Assembly: GCA_034226945.1 (NCBI GenBank)
Contig: CP120463.1
Location: 248,001 to 312,000, forward strand
Source: Picochlorum sp. SENEW3
Lineage: Eukaryota
DNA: 64,000 nt
Reading direction: 5' to 3'
A program made the translations under genes and the position numbers. The notes under the pieces were generated by a model that was given only the letters and a program-made list of their open reading frames with translations, did no database searches and had not been told where the DNA came from. Positions 45,281 through 54,690 of this stretch are shown in pieces (the first letter of the stretch is position 1; the number at the start of each line of letters is the position of its first letter).

Positions 45281-46100
45281 ATCCACAACACCCTGCATGC
45301 AATCACATGACAGATTGCCGTCAATCCCCCTCTCTCCACTCGATACCCATCCACACACCCAAACCCAAACACAAATACCATAAAACTATATATAGGTATA
45401 AAATCAACCACCAAAACCCGTCCATCAACACGTGCCCTAGTCGCGCATGCCCCCGCTGCCCTAGATCATCATCATCATCAACAACAACAACAACAGCAAC
45501 AGGCTGTTTGTTCAACAACCCCATCCACATACCTTGATGTGTATGACTCTGTATCGTATTAAGGAGTGAAATGAAATCCTCTCGGTTTTTTCACTCTGAA
45601 CAGATCAACGCGTGATCTCTCTCTCTCTGTGACTCGTATACTTCTGTGTAGAAGAAACACCTCTTCTATCTGTATATAGATACAGATACAACAAATATAC
45701 TTGTATAAATCGATATAACAGTAATTAATTATGCGAAAATGAGATGGGTTGTTGTACATCAAAAATGATTCCATGCAGCATATTCCATTCCATGCGAGAA
45801 GGCGCGGAGGCCACGTGTACTGTTTTGATGTGACAGGCAAAATCTCCTTGCTAGTAAAGTAGGAGATGGGCCCCTATCCCAGACCACTCTCGACCGTGCG
45901 CGGTTGATTGATCAAGACACAAAGAAAGGTTGAGAGGGTCCATTCGACCAAATCCTCTTTTTGTAATACCTCAGGTACTCATCTTTTTTATCAGCATAGG
46001 AATTTCTCTAATAAAAAGATAACAAATAGCAACTGAGCATTGCAGTACTACTCCATAGTGAGAGTGAAAAAGACAGCGACGGAAAATAAAGAGCGCGAAC

Positions 46101-46490
46101 ATGGCACTGCCTCGGAGTGAGACTTCTCGTTCTTCTGCAGATAAAGAGGAAGAAGAAGAAGAAAAAATAGAAGAGTCTTCGACTGGATTGGAACGGGCAA
46201 TGGCGCATGCGAAGGAATTTATAGAAGCGACTCCAGAGCAGCATAAAAAGTGACTGAAGAATACATGGAACAAGTTTCTCTCATCTGTGACGAACTCTTC
46301 TTCTTCCTCTTCTCAAAAGACTCCTTCTCACAAGACCACTCCTGGCGGTGGTGTAAGTACTAGTACTAATAGTGGGGCGAGCACGGCTGTAGGGGGTACA
46401 GAGGAGAGAGGAGCCAAGGTTGCCGTGTACAGAGTGAAGGCTGTTGTGGGGTGCACAGGCGACGACGATGATGATACGCGAGAGAAATAA
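46101..46490 (+). CDS. Small hypothetical protein with an in-frame TGA at 46251-46253 (candidate selenoprotein or readthrough; 50 aa if TGA is the stop, 129 aa if recoded)
   Basis: ATG at 46101 reads ...EFIEATPEQHKK-TGA-LKNTWNKFLSS..., and the same frame stays open to TAA at 46488-46490. Confidence 0.6.
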
Positions 46491-46615
46491 TAATACATAC
46501 TATACACGAGAGGAGTATACCAATTTAAAGTAATTTCCAAAATAACGATCAGAAGAAGAGATGAAAGAGAGAGAGAAGCATGTGTTCCTTGCTTAGCTAA
46601 GCAATGCTCATGTGC

Positions 46616-46662
46616 GAGTCTGAATATGATGGACTGGTTCAAGTCCTGACGAGGTCAGATTC
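46616..46662 (+). promoter_or_regulatory. SECIS-core-like / kink-turn RNA hairpin
   Basis: GAGTCTGA/TCAGATTC 8-bp lower stem, A-TGAT/TGAC quartet, GGACT/AGTCC upper stem, 6-nt loop. Confidence 0.45.
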
Positions 46663-46697
46663 AAGTATAATACCAATAGTATCATGTAATAATAATA

Positions 46698-49600
46698 ATG
46701 AATATAGAAGACGAAGAGGGACGAGGGCGTGTTGGTTTGGGAGAGGTTTTGGAAGAAGAAGAAGAAGAAGAAGAAGGTTGTTCGCGACTGTGGGAGGGGA
46801 ATGCTTCTTCTTCTTCTTCTGAAAAGAACACTGGTGTTCTTTTTGAAAAAATACAGTCGTATAGGTATAATAATGAAGAAGAAGCTTCTGGGGGTGGTGG
46901 TTTGAATGACGTGGATGTTGCTGATGCTGCCTTGTGTTTTTGTTTGGGGTTGAATGAGGATCGTGGGCTGGTGGATTCGCTTGGTATCATTTCAGATGTA
47001 TTTGAAGATCGGATGAAGGATGTTTTGGGTGGTCTTGTATCAGAGAGGCCTTCCTCTTTGGACAATGTTGACTTGGTAGACGACTGTGAATTGATTCTCG
47101 AGAAGGGATCCGTCGATGTGATTTCGACTGGACCTGGAATGTACTCTGTGGTGGGAACGAGTAACTTTTCTTCTGTGCGAGGTGGCATTGATGTGCCTTG
47201 TGAGGGGCGTTGGATGTTTGAGGTGCAGTTGAATACACCTGGGATTATGCAGTTGGGTTGGGTGACGCCTCTGACGGTGTATACATCCGAGGATGGGGTC
47301 GGTGATAGTCGAGATAGTTATGCGTATGATGGCAAGAGGGTGCGGAAGTGGAATGTGGAGTCCATGTCGTATGGGGAGAAGTGGACTGCTGGGGATGTGA
47401 TATCATGTGGGATTGATCTTGAGAATGGGAGGATAGAGTACTGGAGGAATGGGGTGCCAATGGGTGTGGCGTATACGCCGAAAGTGTTGAATGATATATC
47501 GTATTCTCCTGGAGTATCGGTGAGTTATGCTGAGGCGTGTGAGATTAATTTTGGGCATGTGCCTTTCCGGTACCCAGTGGATGGATTCTTGCCGCTTTTG
47601 CCAGAGGTGGAGCTTGCGTCGACGGCTTTATCCTGTGCTGCGTATTTGACGGATTGTTTGGAAAAGTTGACGGTTCTTGGGCAGATGAGGGGGGCAATGT
47701 CTCCAGGAGAGGCAGCTGCTGTGGCTGCATCTCATGCAGCAGAGATGTTGGGGTTGGAAGCATGCACAGCTCGGATGAAGGATGCATATAGGGTGAACAG
47801 CAGGAATACTCTTTTGAGTACTATTCGGGATCAGGCAGCGAGATTTTTAATGAAGGAGTTGGCATGGGTGATGCGTAGTCATTTTGTGGTTGATGCTGTG
47901 TTTCTAGAGTCATTCCAGCGGATGCTCTTCTATGATCAGCGTGGCAGTCCTATGAAGACGTTCTTAGAATTACTTGCTGATAATCTTGATGATAGATCGT
48001 GCAAAGATTTTGTGCATGCTGTGTGTGCGAGTTGTGGGCGAAGGGTGAAAGGAAATGTGTGGGAGAGAAGCATGGTTGTTGGACGTTGTGATGCCGTGGT
48101 TTATACGCGGATTTGGTTGCATTTCATGACAAATCGTAGATTTGTGTATTCATGGCTTGATGGGAAGGATTGGATGGAAGAGTTTGAAGATTTCTTTGCT
48201 GTGAGACAGCCAACAAATGAGGACTTGGCTCAACTTGTTCCAGCCTCTGCGGAGGATGATGTTGAATGCATGTTGGACAAAATGATTGGGTTTGGACAGT
48301 CTGATTCTCATGAGGATATGAGTGATGCTGTCACGGATGTAGTTACGTTGTTAAAGTATGTTGAGGATTGGCAAGGTCAGTTGCTTGGTACATTGTTAGA
48401 GTTGAAAAAGATTGAGGAGGGAGGAGATGAGAAGGCACTTGTAGTGAATGAAATTGAAGAGGTATTGGATGATGCTACCGTGCAAGATTATCTCGATAGA
48501 TTTGCTGAAGACCAGGCTACTACGATATCTAGGGATGGGTGGCTGGACATGGTGAAAGCTGTCATGGTGTTTGATGGACACGTGGAATCAACCATGGTTC
48601 CACCGTATTTTGCGCAGTTTATCAAGTATATCACGCGCAAAAATCTGGGGGTGAATAGAGAAATGGCGCCCCCTGGGCTCTCAAATCCTACTGTTGTGTG
48701 TTCGTTGCATTCATTTGTTGTACGGGCTTGCAGAAAGTTCTTGAGAAAGGTACATTTGGAAGGCTCTTCATTTGAATTTCCACCTCAGGTGTTTTTACGT
48801 GGAATCCGATCTACTGTCGTGGGAGTTTTGGATGATTTCGATGACGATAGCCTGGATCCAGATGCTCGTTTGGGTGGTGGACTGTCCTATCTGTGTAAAC
48901 AGTCCATTGTGGATGTATGCAGTCAGACTTGCAGGCCGCTTCATGTTCCTGCTTTAGACGAGGATGTTAGAGCTCGTGACTGGTTACTTGGACCAATGTC
49001 TCGGCCTATGGCAGTTTTTGAGGAGGGTGCGTTGTGGAAAGATTGAATGACGACTATTTTATCGGTAAACTTGAAGCATCAATTGTTTATGCAGCACCTG
49101 AATGGTCTTGGTGGCTTGTAAATGCCTCCTTTGTGCTGTTTCATCTCGGAGCCAGTCAAATGACAAAGCTAATTTATACGTACATGCAAACATTTGAAGC
49201 GGCAATGACCTCATACAAGGGAATGCTGGAAAAGTATAATGCCGAATCAGAGGGGGCCGGGGCAGAAATTATTGAATTCACAATGAAAGAATGCAAAAAA
49301 ACAATGATTGAAAGCCTCAGATTGCTCATGTGGTATATGAATTGGCTCATGCCAAAATGGAAGCAGGAGACATTTGGTGCATTGGCAGCAGTCATGGCTA
49401 GGATAGTTCTCCACATTCAACAAGATAACAGAGGCCCTCTACTGTCCTACGTTGCAGATTTGTATGTGGAGGGAGCCCTTGATATGGTGCGTACTCATTG
49501 ATTATTATTCGTATATACTCAAAAAAAAGCTGGATGCTCATGTGCTTGTGTTCTTTGTAGGTCTTGGCCTGTAGGAGATCGGATCAGGTGTCCTGGAAGT

Positions 49601-50934
49601 CATTAGAAGATCAGAATTCCTTTTATTTGGAGCAAATCGTCCAGTTATGCATCGGTCTAATTCGAGATACAAGGGTTGTCGATCCAAGAGCGCAAAATTC
49701 GATTTTGTATTCGTTGTGGATGATGATTCGGGATGAAGATACGTGTTCCTTTCTGTGCCAAAGCTCCTATGCAAGACAGGCCCTGCTGCCTAGTTTGATA
49801 GAATCTTTCGACCACCCACGAAATTGGATTCATGCTTCCAATGCGTTTGGCCTTTTAGTTTCTTCTAGTGGACTCTCTCCTCGCATAGGAACCGGTGAAG
49901 AATCAGCAGGAGTAAGGGGGTATAGAGAGGAGATGAGGGCATGGCTTGCTGCTATTCTCCAGCAGGACAAGAAACTCAGGAATACATTGTTCACCTCACT
50001 TATTGATAGGCTAAATTGGATCTCTCCAGAGGTGATACTAATTGTGGAAGAATTGCATCAGCAGCTCAGGGATTCTGGAGGCATTGAGGATCAAGCTCTC
50101 AGTTATAGACGGGTATTAGCAGCATGTGACTTGTGTTATCATCTCGTCAGGTTGTTGGAGATTGCCTGTACGTTTGATCCGGAAGCCATATTGAGTGCAG
50201 AACCTGACGCCGAGTTGCTGAGCGCTCGTTTGGCAGAGCTCATTGGGTGGGGGCTGCAAAATTTTTGTGAGCAGTCTCATCTCAACAAGCTCCTATCCAA
50301 GATCCACCAGCAGCATGAGCAGGGCTTGTTGCGACTTGGCAGGGATGTCAGAACAACCATGGTTATAGAGGTTTTGGGCCCATATCTGGGCATACTCTCT
50401 TCCCTAGAACAATATGCATCTCGAGCAAAGTCTGGAGTACCAGCTCTCTATTCTCGAGGAAAAATGCCTGATGAATCTGTCGTGGATGGCTGGCATGCGT
50501 TCATCCTCTGTTTGAAGGAGAACTCGGTATCAGGGGATTTAATCAAGGATTGCCTCCGTTTGGTAGAAACCCCGACGCAATCTGGCCTGCAAACACCATC
50601 TGAAGCAGACATCAATAGCATTCACAATGTCATCAAGGCATTTGACTGCATTGAATCCCCTGAAGGAAGTGCGCTAGGAGATGAGCGAAGAACATCTATA
50701 ACAGTCCCCGAAGAGTTCTTAGACCCCATTCTGAACGTTCTAATGAAGGATCCCGTCATCCTTCCGGATTCAAAAGTCACATTGGACAGGAAAACCATTC
50801 AACGACATCTCACCATCAGTGCAACAGATCCATTCAGTCGCTGCCACCTGTCAGAAGAAGATTTGATACCAAATCAAGCTCTGAAGAAAAAACTGGAAGA
50901 ATGGATGAAACTTCATGTCGATGCCTGCGAGTAA
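46698..50934 (+). CDS. SPRY-domain E3 ubiquitin ligase (RKP/RNF123-like) ending in a U-box; introns 49027-49094 and 49487-49560
   Basis: SPRY: FSSVRG..GRWMFEVQL.TPGIMQLGW..GVGDSRDSYAYDGKRVRKWN..NFG..PFRYPVDGF. RKP-like 'PPGLSNPTVVCS'. U-box: VPEEFLDPIL..LMKDPVILP..LDRKTIQRHL..DPFSR..LIPN. Confidence 0.88.
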
Positions 50935-51128
50935 TCTAACTTTATATCATATATTTACATAAACAAATACTGAAGAAGATGCGTCATAAATCCGAGACGC
51001 AACCCTAGTATGCACGTATGTTGCGACACTACCTGACAATGGAAAACAATCCCAGTTTGACGAGAAAGGCAACCAGTAGCGCAACTTGACCCGTTGCCGG
51101 TGTTCAATACTCAATAATACCTTTCAAA

Positions 51129-51550
51129 ATGATTTTGAGCCGTGTCAAGGATGCTTTGAGGTCAGAAACGGCGTACTGGGTTGCTCAAAACAGTTTTGGA
51201 GTTGTGGTGCCACTCTTGTTTGGTCTTGTTGCACAACTACGGTTTCCCTTGGCATGCATTGCCGTTGTCTTCTATGGCATCACATCACAAGCTTTAAGCA
51301 ATGATAACACTATAGGAGGGCGGATTATAGCAGGATCGATGTTTATGGGGGCGACCCTCTCTGGCGGAAATGCCTGGTATTCTTCCAATACCTCTATGCC
51401 TCACTCCATGAGGTTCACCAATTGGGCCTCATGCTGTGCCAAAATGAACGCATGAAACTTCGGGATAGCTACAGCAGTTTCATCATCGGTATTGCTCGGA
51501 AAGATACTCGGATAACCTTGGAGGGATTGCTCCAACGGTGGGAACAGCAG
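51129..51550 (+). pseudogene. Probable truncated fragment of a multi-pass membrane protein gene
   Basis: About 80 aa of well-formed TM helices, then loss of coding character with stops and scattered hydrophobic patches in different frames. No rescuing intron found. Confidence 0.35.
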
Positions 51551-51735
51551 TAAACAAGCAAACTTCTAGACAAGGTAGATCTGTGGCATCCACACGGCAG
51601 TATGGATGCTCTGTCCTCCGACACGTGCACATCGGATGCGACTTTTCTCCCACCGAACCCAAGAAAGAATTCATCTTTATTATTCAAAATAAATCACAAA
51701 TCACAGAATATATATCAAAATCGGCAATCATCATC

Positions 51736-52387
51736 ATGAAGAGCCAAGTCACCACGACAGCCGTCTTGTTGTTACCCATCCTGTCCCTTGTATCGGGCAA
51801 GGACTGCTTCAATCAGTTGTCCACGTTCACACCCATCAAGGGTTTAAAATATGTGCTTGATTCAGATCAGCTCCTGGAGGTGTCGGTACGTGCCTTCATC
51901 CACACCTCTTTGCCTCCTGGAGAAGTTGACGTCACGGTCGAAACAAGCTCACTCTGTTCACCGTTTAACGAGGCGTATTGCATCGCAGGCTAACAAGGAG
52001 AAATACTCGTGTTATGATTTGGCAGATTACGAAGGAGAGGGCGGCACCGAAACCGCTTGGATGAATCTCGACTTGGCCATACGGACCGCCATGGTGAGGG
52101 AATACTTCCCAGCCCTGATGAAGGACAACAACGACCTTGCCGAGGCATTTTCCTGCCCTGATGGGGTCAAAAATTACAAGATACTCGACGTGAAGTCTTG
52201 TGACCTCAACGATGGTGAGCGAGTCAAGGCCGGTCCCTTCAAAATCACGGCAAGTACCAATCCAGATGGCTCGGGCAAAGGCTATTCCAAGGTTGCTGTG
52301 GTTGTGAACTATGTCTGCAACGAACAGGCCCGCCGAAGAACAGTATCCCTCAGGTTCAATGGAAAGAGCAATGGAAAGTGCAAATAA
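51736..52387 (+). CDS. Orphan secreted Cys-containing protein; intron 51886-51988
   Basis: Signal peptide MKSQVTTTAVLLLPILSLVSG. The GTACGT...CGCAG intron joins two track ORFs in frame. TGTAA at about 52521. Confidence 0.75.
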
Positions 52388-52738
52388 ATACACAGCTGGG
52401 AGCACTGTGAATGGCTTGTATTGCTGCTGCTGCACCATCATACTCTCTGCAAGCATCAAAGGATGAAGAATGCACATGCATGTGCATCCAACCGATACAA
52501 TGATTCATATCCGATGCCTCTGTAAGCAATCCTACAGTCTTCGCTTTCTTGCTCCTACCAGTTCCATCCTGTCCCATTGGATAATGCCCGGGACGGCGGG
52601 TGGTATGGCTAGCCTCCCGAATCCTAGTCGTCATCATCATCTCCTGACATTGAAAAATGGATCCATCCCATGTACAGCAGCGTCCATCCCTCCGTTCTAC
52701 AATAAAAAAAGATAAAAAAAGAAGAAGGTTGCTCAAGA

Positions 52739-53488
52739 ATGGATGTATTCATCCATCGAATAGCATCCTCCCAGGCAGGAACGTCGAGGACTAGAAACAG
52801 GGAGGTGGTTGTTACTGGCGCCAATCCACAACCAAACAAACATGCAGAGCCACGGTCTCATATAAACCCAGCAACAAGGTTTTCAAAATATAAAACAAGA
52901 ACGATCGATATGATGGACCCTGATGACTGGTGGGGGACAACGACGACAACACAGCCTCGGGGCAGCGATAGCGCCAGTACCAGTGATACCAACCACCACC
53001 ACGAGGAGGAGGTGTTTGAGACTGTCTCGGGGGGTGCGCGGCGATATTACTATCACGAATACCACTATATACACTATACGTCACAGAGAATGGGATCTTC
53101 TAGTAGAGGCGGTGGTAGAAGCAGTAGAATGCATGGCACTGGAAATGGACAAGTAGGGGGTTTAGAAGCAGCACGCTTGGCGTTTGCAAAGGCGAAAGAG
53201 TCGACGGACTCCTCGACGATTGCGCATCAAATTCAACAGGTTGCAATGTATTGTAATTCTGATGTGGTGACATTTGCACTGGCGGTTGGGGCAATTTCCA
53301 GTCAAGATTGCAGCATGATGATGGAGACTGTGTCTAGGAAACGAATTGAAAAGAGGGCGAGGCGATGCATCGCAATGGCATTTCATCCTGATCTTGTTGT
53401 ACATCATCGTCATGGTGACGTGAGGGGCGTGGCGACATTGGGTCATTGTATACTACAGGAGATGAACAGCATGGGGGTTGTAAATTGA
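52739..53488 (+). CDS. Hypothetical protein with a C-terminal degenerate J-domain-like HPD motif
   Basis: Low-complexity N-terminus; 'IEKRARRCIAMAFHPDL...LQEMN' at the C-terminus. Confidence 0.5.
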   Translation: MDVFIHRIASSQAGTSRTRNREVVVTGANPQPNKHAEPRSHINPATRFSKYKTRTIDMMDPDDWWGTTTTTQPRGSDSASTSDTNHHHEEEVFETVSGGARRYYYHEYHYIHYTSQRMGSSSRGGGRSSRMHGTGNGQVGGLEAARLAFAKAKESTDSSTIAHQIQQVAMYCNSDVVTFALAVGAISSQDCSMMMETVSRKRIEKRARRCIAMAFHPDLVVHHRHGDVRGVATLGHCILQEMNSMGVVN

Positions 53489-53758
53489 AACATTAAAAAC
53501 TCTCCGTTGCGTTTCTTTGTCAAAGAAACGTGAGATGCGTCGATGTGTACTGTGTGTAAAAAGAACTGTAAGAAAGACGTACAATGATCCGACACGCAGA
53601 ATTTCGTCGTGATTGTAGGGTGTGACGCCCGTGCGTCTGGGATTGTGCCTCCCTCTGGAAACGTACCTGCTGCTTGTACGCAGGGAGATACACGCCGGTC
53701 CACTGTCGACACAGTATAGTTTTAAAATATAGTAAAATTAGTTGGGTTTTATGTCGAG

Positions 53759-54673
53759 ATGGATAGAACAAAAGGAAATGGTTCTGTAGCAGTAGGAGAT
53801 TCATCCGCTTCGGATGTTTCTGTGGGTAGAAAGGTGACAGTGGTGAAAGCAGCGGATGATGCAGAGCCAAATGATGAAATGATTGCGAGTGTGGTGACTC
53901 AAGTGTCAAAGGATGATGGGTCTTCTCCGCAGGAGACCAAGGAGACGGAGGATGGGACAGGCTCGCTGTCGTGGTCTGCGAGGATGAAGAATATGATTTG
54001 TTGTTTTGGATCTGATAGTATAGAACGGTATGAAGGGTCTGATGACGGGAGAGATGGAAGGAGTGCGTTGGAGGTGTGTCGATGGCCTGAGCCAGTCTTG
54101 GGTCCGCAGCATGAGGAGGATGTGGGGAAGAAGACCTTGATTTTGGATTTGGACGAGACATTGGTGCATTCGTCATTTCGGCCGGTAGCGTCTGCGGATT
54201 TTGTTATTCCTGTGGAGATTGAAGGTCGTGTTATTGACGTATACGTGTTGAAGAGGCCATATGTGGATGAATTTTTAAAGGCAGTTGGTGAGCGGTTTGA
54301 AGTGGTTGTTTTTACAGCGTCGTTGGGTAAATATGCGAATCCGTTGTTAGATCTTTTAGATACGAATAAGATTATACGGTGGAGGTTGTTTAGAGAGGCA
54401 TGTTATCCTTTCGAAGGATCGTATGTGAAGGATTTGCAGTGTATGGGGCGTGATCCTGGGTCCATGATATTAGTGGATAATTCTCCTCATTCGTACGTGT
54501 TTCAGCCTGAGAATGCCGTGCCTATAGGGACGTTTATAGACGATATGGAAGATGAAGAGCTGCTTGATTGTTTAGATACGCTGTTAGCATTGGAGCATGC
54601 GCCTGATGTTCGGCCGACATTGGCAGCAGTGTTGCAGAGGAAAGACATAGTTGTGTTTGGAGGGTATACTTGA
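53759..54673 (+). CDS. CTD small phosphatase (SCP1/PSR1-like, NIF domain)
   Basis: KKTLILDLDETLVHSSF, YVLKRP, VFTAS..YA, RLFREAC, YVKDL, VDNSP; CCF palmitoylation-like motif. Confidence 0.95.
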   Translation: MDRTKGNGSVAVGDSSASDVSVGRKVTVVKAADDAEPNDEMIASVVTQVSKDDGSSPQETKETEDGTGSLSWSARMKNMICCFGSDSIERYEGSDDGRDGRSALEVCRWPEPVLGPQHEEDVGKKTLILDLDETLVHSSFRPVASADFVIPVEIEGRVIDVYVLKRPYVDEFLKAVGERFEVVVFTASLGKYANPLLDLLDTNKIIRWRLFREACYPFEGSYVKDLQCMGRDPGSMILVDNSPHSYVFQPENAVPIGTFIDDMEDEELLDCLDTLLALEHAPDVRPTLAAVLQRKDIVVFGGYT

Positions 54674-54690
54674 ACGTCGTATATAATGGT

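Noticed and set aside
46585..46655. tRNA-like signals (A-box-like TAGCTAAGC, B-box-like GGTTCAAGTCC)
   Set aside because: The T-stem and acceptor stem do not pair properly and no anticodon arm forms. The K-turn/SECIS-like fold explains the sequence better.
49020..49100. Apparent frameshift between overlapping ORFs in the E3 ligase
   Set aside because: A canonical 68-nt intron (49027-49094) restores the frame.
51851..51993. Apparent frameshift in the secreted protein
   Set aside because: Explained by the GTACGT...CGCAG intron 51886-51988.
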